Origin: Eledone cirrhosa
Taxonomy: Eukaryota
Direction: 5' to 3'
DNA: 64,000 nucleotides
Assembly: GCA_964016885.1 (NCBI GenBank)
Contig: OZ024757.1
Span: 34,038,001 to 34,102,000, forward strand
The translations under genes and the position numbers were made by a program. The notes below the pieces were generated by a model, which saw only the letters and a list, made by a program, of their open reading frames with translations, searched no databases and was not told the origin of the DNA. This document shows positions 29,626 through 43,604 of the stretch, piece by piece (position 1 is the stretch's first letter; every line of letters starts with the position of its first letter).

Positions 29626-30806
29626 AGAAGTAGTCCCCAAAGTTTTGCTTCAAACTTTCAGTAAATTTGTCATTATTTCCTTCTTACTTGTGTTAAACAA
29701 CAACAACATTATATGATTTCTGGTTGTTTGTTCCTTCATAAGACTTTGTCATTTCTATATGGTTTTTATGTGTGTTTATTAATATTATTATTATTATCAT
29801 CATCATCATCATTTTTATGTCATAGTTAAAATATTCAACATTTGGTTCACTGGTAGAAAAAAAACTGATCCCACCACCATCTTTTTTTGTCATTAAGCTG
29901 ATCTTTTTTATTGATCAAGCTCTTTATTGGTTTAGCTGATCGTATTTAATTGATCCAGCTGTTCTTCTTTCCAAATTTGACTTCAGCCATCTGAAAAATT
30001 TTTTTTGAATTTTTTTTCCTCCCCAATCTCAGAGATGAAAGATGGTAGGTTTTGTGCCATTATCTACCAGTGAAAGAACTGCAATCCAAATTGGGTAAAA
30101 ACTGGTTATTAATTAATTAAATTTTAAAAAAAAATTAATAATATTATAAATCTTTTCAAGCTTTGAAAACAATTACAATAACTGTTAAAAGAATTTATGA
30201 CAATATAGCCCAAAATATATTGTTTTTTTCCCCTTTTTTTTTCTTTTGTAACGTGTTTGTGTATGACTGCTCTTTGTGGCTCAGAATATATTCATGAAAT
30301 TGTTCTGTTATATTCCATAGTGATTCTAGTCATTGCCATTTTCTCTTTGCAGTATCTAAGGACGGTTTTTTTTGGTGGGTGGGGATTGTTTTTTGTGTGT
30401 TTCTTTTTAAGCTTTTTCTTTTTTTTGTTTTTCTTTTGTGGTCTTGCTCCCACTACATAAACCCGCCCTTTATATATATTTTTCTTAAAATTTATTTTCT
30501 GTCCATTTCTCACACCATTTTAGCATTATATAACTTTAAACCCCCACTTCCCACCCTTCCTAAATGATTCCAAATGAAACCACGTCCCTTCTGTTCTTTT
30601 ACCTGTTTCCATGTGAAGTCTTGTTGATAATCTGTTGGTTACTAATTCCATTGTGTATCGCACACTCACCCCCAGAGCCCCCCAAAAATTCCAAATTTTA
30701 CTGTTGATAAATTTCTCTCTACTCACCCAACCCCTTCACCTAATTCTGATATCCTCCTTTACTGGCTGATTAATATTTGGCAGGTCACAAACAAAACAAC
30801 AAATAT

Positions 30807-31137
30807 TTCACCCTTTCATTACTACCTTATGTCTAATGAAATACTCTGTATTTTAATTAGTTAAATTATTTCATTATTAACCTTCTGGACGCTCCGGGTT
30901 CATTAAGTCGCTGATAGGGTAGTCTCCCCTTAATACATAATGCAGTGTCAAGGGAAGCAATTCATAAAAATTTCTAGCATACTAAAGGTTAAGATGGAGT
31001 TTGTAACATACATAACTTAACAAATGTTTCTCTGTTTCTCCTATATGTTGGAAGATTTTAAAATGGGTGGTTTTCACAGAACCAGGCAGGTTTTTGATAC
31101 GAGCTCAGTAAAACTGAGCTCGTATCAAATGGGTTAA
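30807..31137 (+). mobile_element. Host-family H MITE with a different nested TTAA element at 30877-30992
   Basis: Outer ccctttcattac...tatcaaatgggttaa. Inner ttaaccttctggacgc...gcatactaaaggttaa. Confidence 0.6.
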
Positions 31138-31497
31138 TGAAGAATTTTGTGGGATTTACTAAAACTATTAATTATTTCATTACTAAGATAGAAATTTAAC
31201 ATATGGTTCTTATATAAAATTACGTTGGAAGATTTTAATTTAAGTAGGAACTTTTTAAAATGGGTGGTTTTATTTCATAGAACCAGGGGTAGTTTTAGGC
31301 AGCCTGGTATCAAAAGTTTTATCTTTCTTTTTTTGAGGGGCCTCTTTTGATGTTTTAGTGTAATTAATTTTACCATAGATTAAAAAAAATTATATGAAAC
31401 TAACTTTATATTCATTAAGATATAGATATGAAAGGTAAGAGGGACATAATATAGGTGTTCTTTGTGTGATGGTGGTGGTGGTGTTTTTATATATACA

Positions 31498-31805
31498 CAG
31501 TGGAACCTCAGTTCACAAACTTAATTCATTCTTGAAGGCTGTTTGTCATTCAAAATGTTCGTAAACTGAAACTATTTTTGCATATGAAATGTTGAGAGAG
31601 AAACACAGTGAGAGAGAGAGACTGTGTATGAAAGACAGAAAGATATCATCATAGTAACTTACTACACAAGTGATGCTTTCCCACCGATACTCCCAGCTTG
31701 TCGCCAACTATTGTTGCCGGCTTGCATCTTTGTTACTCAAGACACTGTTTGTCAACCAAGACATTTTATGTTTGGAAAAATTGTTTGTAAACTAGGGTTC
31801 CACTG
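31498..31805. mobile_element. Tigger/pogo-like MITE
   Basis: TIRs cagtggaacctcagttcacaaac and gtttgtaaactagggttccactg. Confidence 0.8.
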
Positions 31806-32424
31806 TATATATATGGTTGTGCCGACCCTTACCTATGGTCCTGAATCTTGGGGTTATGAATACATTTGTGAATACAAAAAAACAAAATGGGGTACTATGA
31901 AGGGTCTTTGAAGTAATGTTACTCAATATAGTGCATACCTTGGAGATCAGAGAGTCACTCCAGGTAGAGCTGCTACTTCACTGAATTGAGAGATCACAGC
32001 TTATATACTATGGGCATATATATACACACACACACAGACACACATATATATCATCATCGTTTAACATTTTTCATGCTTGTATATGAGTTATATATATATA
32101 TATTCTGCTTTAGAATAGGTACACCGTATCCCTAGGCGTTGTAAGAAGTGACTAAAAGGGTTGGTGTCAGGAAGGGCATCCTGCTGTAAAACATGGCCTC
32201 AAAAAGTCCCGTCCAACCCATGCCAACATGGAAAAGATTGATGTAAAAAATGATGATGATGATATATGTGTGTTAGGTGTATTAAGTGCAAAACATTTAG
32301 TATGCTTCAACATAATTAATGCCCTTCGGTAAAGCTCAAACATTACACCCCCCCCCCCCTTCACCCCACCACCATTTCCGTTCCCTTTAGAAATCTATAG
32401 CACCCTACTCTGCCCCTTTCTGAA

Positions 32425-32778
32425 CTCATTGTTACAGTTATTTTATAGGAAAGCGAGGACTGGAAAACACAGTTAAGTACCTACCCATTGTTACAATTAT
32501 TATATAGTAAGGCAAGGACTGGAAAACACAGTTAAGTACTCACCCATTGTTACAGTTATTTTATAGAAAGGCGAGGACTGGAAAACAGAGTTAAGTACTC
32601 ACCCGTTGTTACAGTTATTTTATAGGAAGGCGAGGACTGGAACACAGTTAAGTACCGACTCATTGTTACAGCTATTTTATAAGAAGGCAAGGACTGGAAA
32701 ACAGTTAAGTACCCACCCATTGTTACAGTTATTTTATAGGAAGGTGAGGACTGGAAAACAGTTAAGTACCCACCCAAT
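32425..32778. repeat. ~59-bp minisatellite, 6 copies
   Basis: Unit cattgttacagttattttataggaaggcgaggactggaaaacacagttaagtacccacc. Confidence 0.93.
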
Positions 32779-33394
32779 GTGCCAACTTTGTGGTGCCATT
32801 GATGATTGAAGCCAATAATTCTCTTCACATTTTGCTCTTGTTAGGAAATATATAAATATTTCCACCACCGCCACCTCCCTTCCTTTGTAAATATCAATCA
32901 GGCCAAATGCTTCACCAAATGAAATTATTACTATTATAGCTGGGTTTTTTTGGCATATGGCTTTGTGGTGAGGGAATTTAGCTCACAATTATGAGGTTGT
33001 GAGTTCGATTCCCAGACCTGGCGATGCATTATGTCCTTGAGTAAGACACTTTATTTAACATTGCTCCTTCTGCCAGGAGTTGCGACTGGTAGATAGTATC
33101 AGCAATGGGAATACCAATGGAAACATTGTTTCCTTGGTCCAATTTGATGAGTTCCACCCCATTCAGTAAGCGAATGAGGTCTGGGATCTTGTTGATCATG
33201 AAGATTTTGTTAAAATAGTTGAGTTTTTTGGCAGTAGTCGAGTATTTTGGTAGAATTAGTTTTCATGTTGATCATAGATACATTAAATTGTATATTTAAG
33301 GAGTATTGGTCAAATTATAAATATCAAATGTATGTTAACTTAAAGTTAATTATTCAATACAGGTTTTTTGATTAAGAAAAATAATCAAACAAGC

Positions 33395-33810
33395 TGGGCA
33401 TAAAAGCCAAATTCGCTATCTTCAATTTGGTGTGATGAATACAAAAGGCCAAAATGTGTTCCTCTGAAGGGTCTTTGAAGTAATGTTACTCAATAGAGAT
33501 CAGAGTGTCACTCCAGGTAGATTCACTACTTCGCCAAATTGAGAGATCACAGCACCGATACTACAGATATATGGTTAGAATGTCTTAGGAAAGAATCACT
33601 GAACAGATTTTACGGGCAAAACCAACTGGCAGGAGGTCCAGGTGTAGACCCCGAGCAAAATGGTTGGATAACATCCATGAGCTTGGCTGGTCTCACTTGG
33701 GAATCAAGTCAGATCAACTGGGGGGTGGTTGCTTCTGACAGGACCCGCTGGAAGAAATACTAGAGGACTCTGTTCCCAAGACCCCCCAGGAATAATTGGG
33801 TGATGAAGTC
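33395..33810 (+). mobile_element. RTE family R1 3' fragment
   Basis: Homologous to 30-350 and 44480-44960. Confidence 0.75.
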
Positions 33811-34227
33811 GAGCATACAAGCCCCTAGAGACTGGGAAAAAGGTGGACAGCAGTTAACTTTAAGCTAACATGTTCAAATTTTAAATATATTTGCTTAGAT
33901 ATCCACAAGAAAGGCATGAATACCACAGCTTCTTATTGTGTTATCTGCTATAGTTGTGAATGAGGTTTCTTGTCTAAAATATTAAACTGTTCTAGATTAA
34001 AATATATAATAGCTAAGTTAATAAAGAACTGGAGTTTGGATTATCAGGTTGTGAGTTTATATACTACTACTACCACCACCATTAATACAATTGTTACTAC
34101 TACTACTGCTGCTGTTACTACTGCTACTACTACTGTTATTACTGCTGTTACTACCACTCATATTACTGCTACTACAACTACTGCTGTTACTACTACTACC
34201 TATCTATCATCTGCTGGTAGTATTGTG

Positions 34228-34650
34228 AAGGTGTGTAGCTTAGTGGTAGTGGTTTGGATGTTCTGCTCACAATCATGAGGTCGTGAGTTCTATTCCTGAC
34301 AACACATTGTATCTTTGAGCAAGACACTTTATTTCACATTGCTCCAGTCCACTCAGCTGGGAAAAAATATGTTGTATCTGTCATTTAAAGATGCACTCCA
34401 TCATGTTGAGAACTACATTAGGGGGACATGTCTGTGGAATACTCAGCCATTTAAACTATAATACAAGATGGACTGTAACTGTAATTTAAAGGATCAGCCA
34501 TGTCACACATTGTTTCATACTGAATCTTTCTGAGAACTACATTAAGTGTACATATGTCTGGGGAATGCTCAGCCACTTACACATTAATTTCATGAACAGA
34601 TTGTTCCATTGATCAAATAACTGGAACACTTGTCATTAAAACCGACATGG
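34228..34650 (+). mobile_element. tRNA-derived SINE-D
   Basis: A/B-box head, cttgagcaagacactttatttcacattgctccag body, 3' part tgtctg...gctcagccacttacacattaatttcatg. That 3' part recurs at 58920-59000 and 63690-63830. Confidence 0.65.
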
Positions 34651-35255
34651 GCTCAACATACTACTGCCACCACCACCACTACTACTACTACATATACCGC
34701 TACTAGTGTCACTACCACTACTAGTGCTACTACCGATACTACTACTACTACTGCCAATACTACTATTACTACCATCAACATCACTACCACTACCACATAT
34801 ACTACCATCACCACAACTACTACACATACTACCATCACCACAACTACTACACATACTACCATCACCACAACTACTACCACTACTTCTATTACATATCCCT
34901 TATTAATACATATCTTTTGTATTTCAGAAACCATAATTCAATTCAATTCATAATTAATTATTAATAATTTATTAATTTGTTTGTTTGTTCATGTGTGTTA
35001 ATGTCATTGAATTTATATTTTAAGGTTTTTTTTTTTTCCTCAGTTAAAAAAAAAAAAAAATTTTGTTTATTTTATTTTGTTATTGTTGACTGTCAATTAT
35101 TTGGTTGTGTGATTAGCATAGCTGGAATGTTAACAAGCTGTTAAAAATAAAAAATAAACTAAAATGGTCTCTTATTCCCCCTCAAAAACAACAACAAAAA
35201 AAAAAAAGAACATATCATTTGAGTGAGAAATTTGAATTATTTGTATTATTATTAT

Positions 35256-35679
35256 AACATGCTTTGCAGCAGAGAGTTATATCCCATTATGTTCTAAGTT
35301 CAAATCCTGCAGAGGTTGGCTTTGCCTTTCATCTTTATGGGGTCATTAAAATAAAGTACCAGTAATGCACTGGGGGTCGATTTAATTGACTTTCCCCTCC
35401 CCCAAAATTGTTGGCCTTGTGCCAAAATCAGAAACCATTATTATTATTTTATTAATTAATGTTGTGGATTGGCAAAATCGGTAGAGCGTCGGACAACATG
35501 CTTTGCGGCATATTGTTACATCTCTTTAAAACCTGTGTTCAAATCCCACCAAGGTTAACTTTGCCTTTCATCCTTACGGGGTCGATAAAATAGAGTACCA
35601 GTAATGCACTGGGGTTCGATTTAATCGACTTTCCCCTCTTCCCAAATTGCTGGCCTTGTGCCTAAATCAGAAACCATTA
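35256..35679 (+). mobile_element. Two head-to-tail SINE-A copies (long form)
   Basis: Shared body and tails. Confidence 0.85.
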
Positions 35680-35824
35680 CCTTTTTTTTTTATTATTATT
35701 TTTGTATTAAATGTTTTTTTTATCTCTCATTTTTTTTTCTTAAAAAAAAAACGAAAAAAACTTCTCCCCTCCCCCCCCATAACAAGCGAAGAGAAGGGGT
35801 GGAAATCATCTCATACTTCCTTCA

Positions 35825-37990
35825 CTACCAACATCAATAACAACACCACCACTAGCAACACAAACTCTACCAACAACACCAACACCACCAACAAAACCAT
35901 CAACACCATCAACACTACCAACAAAACCATCAACACCACCAACACTACCATCAACACCACCAACACTACCATCAACACCACCAACACTACCAACAAAACC
36001 ATCAACACTACCAACAAAACCATCAACACCATCAACACCATCAACACTACCAACAAAACCATCAACACCATCAACACTACCAACAAAACCATCAACACCA
36101 CTATCAACACCACCAACATTACCAACAACACCACCAACAAAACCATCAACACCATCAACACTACCAACAAAACCATCAACACCACCATCAACACCACCAA
36201 CATTACCAACAACACCACCAACATTACCAACAACACCACCAACACTACCATCAACACCACCAACACTACCAACAAAACCATCAACACTACCAACACCATC
36301 AACACTACCAACATTACCAACAACACCAACAACACCACCAACACTACCAACAAAACCATCAACACCACCAACACTACCATCAACACCACCAACATTACCA
36401 ACAACACCACCAACACTACCAACAAAACCATCAACACCACCAACACTACCATCAACACCACCAACATTACCAACAACACCATCAACACCACCAACAAAAC
36501 CATCAACACCACCAACACTACCATCAACACCACCAACACTACCATCAACACCACCAACATTACCACCAACACTACCAACAAAACCATCAACACCATCAAC
36601 ACTACCAACAAAACCATCAACACCACCAACAAAACCATCAACACCACCAACACTACCATCAACACCACCAACACTACCATCAACACCACCAACATTACCA
36701 ACAACACCACCAACACTACCAACAAAACCATCAACACCATCAACACTACCAACAAAACCATCAACACCACCAACAAAACCATCAACACCACCAACACTAC
36801 CACCAACACTACCATCAACACCACCAACATTACCAACAACACTACCAACAAAACCATCAACACCACCAACACTACCAACAAAACCATCAACACTACCAAC
36901 AAAACCATCAACACCACCAACACTACCAACAAAACCATCAACACCATCAACACCACCAACAAAACCATCAACACTACCAACAAAACCATCAACACCACCA
37001 ACATTACCAACAAAACCATCAACACTACCAACAAAACCATCAACACCACCAACAAAACCATCAACACTACCAACAAAACCATCAACACCACCAACATTAC
37101 CAACAAAACCATCAACACTACCAACAAAACCATCAACACCACCAACAAAACCATCAACACTACCAACAAAACCATCAACACCACCAACATTACCAACAAA
37201 ACCATCAACACTACCAACAAAACCATCAACACCACCAACAAAACCATCAACACCACCAACACTACCAACAAAACCATCAACACTACCAACAAAACCATCA
37301 ACACCACCAACACTACCAACAAAACCATCAACACCATCAAAACCATCAACACCATCAACACCACCAACAAAACCATCAACACTACCAACAAAACCATCAA
37401 CACCACCAACATTACCAACAAAACCATCAACACTACCAACAAAACCATCAACACTACCAACAACACCATCAACACCACCAACAAAACCATCAACACTACC
37501 AACAAAACCATCAACACCACCAACATTACCAACAAAACCATCAACACTACCAACAAAACCATCAACACCACCAACAAAACCATCAACACTACCAACAAAA
37601 CCATCAACACCACCAACAAAACCATCAACACTACCAACAAAACCATCAACACTACCAACAAAACCATCAACACCACCAACACTACCAACAAAACCATCAA
37701 CACTACCAACACTACCATCAACACCACCAACACTACCAACAAAACCATCAACACTACCAACAAAACCATCAACACTACCAACAAAACCATCAACACTACC
37801 AACAAAACCATCAACACCACCAACACTACCAACAAAACCATCAACACTACCAACACTACCATCAACACCACCAACACTACCAACAAAACCATCAACACCA
37901 CCAACAAAACCACCAACACTACCAACAAAACCATCAACACTACCAACAAAACCACCAACACCACCAACACTACCATCACTGACGACAACA
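35825..37990. repeat. ~2.15-kb AAC/ACC/ATC triplet-based repeat with 21-bp main period
   Basis: Unit accaacaaaaccatcaacact and variants. Confidence 0.97.
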
Positions 37991-38148
37991 ACTCAATTTT
38001 TAAATATATAATTCAGTCATTATTTTTTAACCAGAAGCGTTTATTATACCCCCCTCCCTCCTCTCATCAACTCTGAGTTGATGTTTTTTTAATGTTAGAA
38101 AACTGAAGTGATGAGTGTTGTATGAAGAATAACCATTATTACTGTTAC

Positions 38149-38753
38149 TGGCGGTGGATTGGCAGTAACGGTAGAGGGTCGGACGCCATGCTGTGACGCA
38201 TAGAGTTACGGCCCTTGCCATTCTGAGTTCAAATCCCGCCGAGGTTAACTTTGCCTTTTCATCCTTATGGGGTCGATAAAATAAAGTACCAGTAATGCGC
38301 TGGGTAATTGCTGGCCTTGTGCCAAAAAGTAGAAACAATTATTACTGTTACTGTAAGGGCAGTGGATTGGCAGTATCGGTAGAGGGTCGGATGCCATGCT
38401 TTGCAGCATCGAGTTACGGCCCTTTATGATCTGAGTTCAAATCTCGCCGAGGTTAACTTTGCCTTTCATCCTTACGGGGTCGATAAAATAAAGTACCAGT
38501 AATACACTGGAATAATTGCTGGCCTTGTGCCAAAAGTAGAAACAATTATTACTGTTACTGTAAGGCGGTGGATTGGCAGTATCGGTAGAGGGTCGGATGC
38601 TTTGCGGCATAGAGTTACGGCCCTTTACGGTCTGAGTTCAAATCCTGCTGAGGTTAACTTTGCTGTTCATCCTTACGGGGTTGATAAAATAAAGTACCAG
38701 TAATGCACTGGGATAATTGCTGGCCTTGTGCCAAAAAGTAGAAACAATTATTA
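38149..38753 (+). mobile_element. Three tandem SINE-A copies (short form)
   Basis: ~205-bp period, each preceded by attattactgttactg. Confidence 0.92.
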
Positions 38754-38760
38754 CTATCTA

Positions 38761-38936
38761 CAGACCTGCCAACCTCTAAAAACCTGAACGGGGAGTACCA
38801 TGAAAAAAGGTGCCCCAAAATGGGGGAGATTTTACATAATGAATGCTATACCCATTTTCACAAGAGAAGACATCTCTCACCCACCCCAAAGTGAGTGGGA
38901 GATCTCCCCGTCGGACAGGGAGAGTTGACAGGTCTG
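38761..38936. mobile_element. hAT-like MITE
   Basis: Ends cagacctgccaac and gttgacaggtctg. No clear target-site duplication. Confidence 0.6.
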
Positions 38937-39214
38937 TATCTGATGGGTAGTGACTTGGCAGAACTGTTAAATGGGTGGATGAAATGGTTTAAAGGATTTA
39001 GTTTCGGCAAATTTGTTCCACAATTAAGGTTTTATTACCTCATATTCAAAATGGTGCCAAAAAAACTTTAAGAAAATTATTTAAGAATAAATAGAAAAGA
39101 TTATTATTGTTTCTTTGCTCAGCTTCTAACGCTGGGGATGTATTACAGTGTTAGCTGTTCACTGCCAGCGAACTGAGGTAACACCCCTCATTTTTCCATT
39201 ATTATTATTATTAT

Positions 39215-39402
39215 TGGAGTCTTAGTCATTGATGTTATTTAACTGGAAAGTTTGTTCAAATGAACATCAAGCTGCTACATGCAGCCTCAGATATTCAGGA
39301 CGTATCAGAGTGTTCCAAAAAACGGGGCTGGACTAATGTTCTTTAACCTTCCTTGAAAACTCTTCGAGATCGCACCTAGTGCTCCTATGACAATTTATAA
39401 TT
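39215..39402 (-). mobile_element. Dong/R4-clade LINE extreme 3' fragment
   Basis: The - strand reads IVIGALGAISK...FGT, typical of the R4/Dong ORF end. Embedded in (TAA)n/(ATT)n. Confidence 0.55.
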
Positions 39403-39415
39403 ATTATTACATAAT

Positions 39416-40030
39416 GTGGTAGATTGGCAGTATCGGTAGAGGGTCGGACACCATGCTTTGAAGCATAGAGTTACGGCCCTTTATGATCTGAGTTCAAATT
39501 CTGCCGAGGTTAACTTTGCCTTTCATCCTTACGGGGTCGATAAAATAAAGTACCAGTAATGTACTGGGTAATTGCTGGCCTTGTGCCTAACGTAGAAACA
39601 ATTATTACATAATGTAATGAAAAAAGAAAGAAAAGTTGTTAGTGTGTTTGGAATATGTTTAGCAGTAATTCTTTTGGCCCTTTCCTTTCTGAATTCCAGT
39701 CCTGTTGAGGCCAACTTTGCCTTTCATCCTTCTGGGGGTTGATAAAATAAAATACCAGTAAAGTCCTGGGGGCAATATAATCAACTATCCACTTCCCCAA
39801 ATTGCTGGCCTTGGGCTTATGTTAGAAATTATTACTATTATTATTATCAGAGTGGACGAGTAGCAAAATTGTCAGAATGTTGGACAAAATACCTGGTGTT
39901 ATTTTTTTTAGGGCTCTTTGTGTTCTGGGTTGATAAAATATGCACCAGTGTAGTAATGAGGGGGGTGGGTAATCAAATATGCCCTCCATTGCACGTGTGG
40001 CCATGTGCATATGTTAGAAATTGTTGTTGT
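39416..40030 (+). mobile_element. Three consecutive SINE-A copies of increasing divergence
   Basis: Body motifs at ~39416, ~39630 and ~39850. Confidence 0.75.
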
Positions 40031-40212
40031 TATTACTATTATTCGTTTTTAAGGGAAATGGGCTCGTCACAAATTTAATTACATGAAACATTACTATTAA
40101 TATTATTCTTTTTTTACAACAAACCACAGCTGTAATTAATGAAGATGTTACGAAATTTATATTAAGTGACCATCCATCATAAATTGTTAGTCATTAAAAT
40201 TATGAGAACTTC

Positions 40213-40632
40213 CGGTCAGTGAGTAGAGGCAGTTCAACAACTGATCTGAGCTCAACATTGATGATCAGTGAGTAGAGGAGATTAAATAACTGATCCTAGC
40301 TCAACATTGCTCGTCAGTGAGTAGAGGAGGTTAAATAACTGATCCTAGCTCAACATTGCTCATCAGTGAGTAGAGGAGGTTAACTGACTCTATCTCAACA
40401 TTACTTGTCAGTGAGTAGAGGAGATTAAATAACTGATCCTAGCTCAACATTGCTCATCAGTGAGTAGAGGTTAATTGACTCTAGCTCAACATTGCTGGTC
40501 AGTGAGTAGAGGCACTTAAATAACTGATCTTAGCTTAACATTGCTCGTCAGTGAGTAGAGGAGGTTAACTGACTCTAGCTCAACATTGATGATCAGTGAG
40601 TTTAGGAGGTTAAATAATTGATCCTAGCTCAA
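40213..40632. repeat. 42-49 bp minisatellite, 9 copies
   Basis: Unit tcagtgagtagaggaggttaaataactgatcctagctcaacattgctc, with long and short variants. Confidence 0.93.
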
Positions 40633-43038
40633 GTTTAGTGTACTGTTGTAGCTTCATTGTTGTACTTAGATAGACTAGGCTCCTTTGGAGAATCAATTTT
40701 ACAGGATATAATACAAACTACTTGACTTGTCAGTTGCTGGTCTGGTACTCCTCATACACACACCTCCATATATATGAATAACTGCAATTGATTAGTCTGC
40801 ATATTTATATTTTTTCTCTGAAATGTTGATAAAACAATGGATTAACTTTTTCACCCTGATTTTTCTTGTTCTTTCATTGTTTATCATTTTATATATACCA
40901 CCACCAGATATTCAGTATACATACATACATACATACATACACACATTTAGTGACATATATATATTTCTCCTTTTTAAAACCTTTAAGTAGAAAATTGTGT
41001 GCCAACTCTTGATATATTTTTTCATACGGACAAAAATTGTGCAAATAAGATTATCTTTAATTCTGGTGAGTGTATGGTTTAAATGGACTCTAAATGTTAA
41101 TTGTTAAAGCTATGTCAAGTTTTTAGCAATTCTTATCACATTCCTCTAATGAAAATATTCTAGTCTTTGTGAAGGTTAAAACTTTTTTTTTTTTTCTTTG
41201 AAGATAAAACTACTGGCTAAAATTCTTTCAGATGCCATCACTAATTCAAAAACCATTTTTATCAAGAATTCTCATCATTTCTAAACTAGCCAATATTTCA
41301 TTAATGGAAGTGATGTTATAGGTTGGTAAATTTGGGCAGATAATTCTTTTAGTATTTTTTAAATTAAGTTCTATTTTTTTTTTTTTTTTTTTTTTTTACT
41401 CTGATAATTCCAGCATTCAGAAGAAATATTCAATTCCCCCCCCCCCTTTTTTTTTACTTTAATTTTTCTAAACCCAGTCCTTTCAATTACTTTTTATTTT
41501 TTTAGAAACAAAAACTAAAAAAAACAACAAATATTTCTTGAATTTCTTACCGTCCATGAGAGTTAAAGAAATTCCCTAGTTTGAAAGATTTTAAAAAAAA
41601 AAAAAAACGAAAGAAAGAAAAAATATTACAAAAAAAAAAAGAAAAATGATTCTACCCTTTTTTTTTTTTTTTTTTTTTTATACAACTGGTTGCTAGTCTT
41701 GATCTGTTTCCCATCAATAAAAAAAATTCTGTTCATTAAATATTTCGAGCTTTCCATGAAGTGTGAGATTTGTACAAAAAAAGAAAAAAATTTTTTTTAA
41801 ATCAAAAAAAAAAAAAAAAAAAAAATAATAATATGGTATGTGTTATTTATTTAATCTAATTTAAATGTTTTTGTTTTAAGTTTTATGAAAACTACCTCGT
41901 TTTTTGTTACTTATTGTCCAATTTTTCTTTTTTTTTTAGTAGTTCTAGCCCAGGGGAATGTTGTGTCAACATTCTGGTTGTGAGGGTCAGACTATATCAA
42001 TATGTATTGATTGATTCAATTATTAACCATTATTCACACCATTGTCATACCATTCATTATTCACACCGATGTCAAATTTTTATTTTCATCTTAACCTTGT
42101 TTTTTTTCTTCTTCTTTATCTCTTCCTCTCTCTCTCTCTTTCTCTTTCATTAATTATTTTTCAAAAAATATCTATTCATATCTCACTTTCCCTAATTGAT
42201 GGATGTTTATTATTATTATTATTATTAATTTTCCCATGTCCTTCCACTTGGGACCAGCAGAAGAAGAGTTTAAAGCTTGCCTTCATTCAATGTATGAACC
42301 TTCTACATATATATATATACATACATACATGCATGCAAATATATACATATGTGTGTCTGCATATATGTATGTATATTTGTATATCAATGAGCAAACACAC
42401 ATATATATATATATATGGTGCATATTTATGGGCATGTATATATGAGTATATATATATAATGTTACATCAGTATACTTATAGTGTATATCTACGATGAGTG
42501 CACACACACACACACACATATATATGTGTGTGTTTTTGTGTGCATATGCATAATTTATATAGTGTATATTTATGAGCATATAGTTATATATATATATACA
42601 CACATGTACATACATACATTCAGCCGGTCTGTTTATTGTTTACATACACATAACTTGTTTTGTTTTTTGTTTTAATTTAAAATTTTCAATATTTTGTTTT
42701 TACTTGTGCTGTCATCTCACATGTACTAAACAAAACTGGGATTTCCTGAGCTGTTCAGCAGCATATACGGGTCTATATATATATATATATAATTCATTTC
42801 TCAATGCTACAAAATTTAACATCATATCTGGAGATCAATGCTGTTTAAGAAAATTAAATAAATAAATGAATAAATGAAATAAAAACAAATTCTAAACTGA
42901 TCCTCTACTTTCAAGATCTCATGTTAACTCTTCCCTTGGAACTAGCAGGATATTGTTCCAACACTTCCTAACAAACAACATAACAGCTGGAAAAATGTTG
43001 ATTCATTGCTCATTTCTAACAGATACACTCTTGTAATT

Positions 43039-43069
<31 letters not shown>

Positions 43070-43498
43070 GTATGTCTGTATGTATATCACCTTGACCGAC
43101 CAGTCTGTTTTAGCCATAAGATAACACCATCCCACTGGCTGGGCGGGCAGGCCGCTGTATGTATATATACATACATATATCTGTCTGTATATATACATAT
43201 AAAATATATGTAAATATGTCTGTATGGATATATATACATACATACATGACTCTGTATGGATGTGTGCGTGTGTATGTATATATATGTGTATATGTCTGTA
43301 TGTTATATATAAATATATATACATATGTAATATATATACATATATTCGATTAAAAATTGTTCCCAATGTAAATTACTAAAAGCTGTTCTGTTGGTTTTTT
43401 GTATACTGCTGGTCGCCATGACATCCCTTTTTTGACAACACTTCTTCAGTTTATTTATTTTTTATCTTATTTAGTATTTCTCGTACGTAAAAACAGTC

Positions 43499-43504
43499 AA
43501 TAAA
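43499..43504 (+). terminator. Candidate distal polyadenylation signal
   Basis: AATAAA, ~20 nt, then GU/U-rich tctgttgccttgcttgtcttttcttt. A LINE-dense zone starts ~100 bp later. Confidence 0.35.
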
Positions 43505-43604
43505 ATTGGTATGATATGATTAACTCTGTTGCCTTGCTTGTCTTTTCTTTACAATTATACATATTATCTCAACTATATTTTACAAACAGAAGTTCACAAG
43601 TGAT

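Noticed and set aside
30262-30335. Irregular hairpin resembling a SECIS or pre-miRNA
   Set aside because: Large asymmetric loops, SECIS core geometry not met, and no in-frame UGA in the visible exons.
34630-34953. Thr-rich ORF (also 33970-34278 and 26022-26210)
   Set aside because: (ACT/ACC)n triplet microsatellites without splice context.
35080-35140. TGGAATGT (miR-1-like 5' end) in a weak hairpin
   Set aside because: The rest does not match miR-1 and the pairing is largely G-U or mismatched.
35811-37991. 726-aa Val/Leu/Met ORF on -
   Set aside because: Antisense reading of the triplet repeat.
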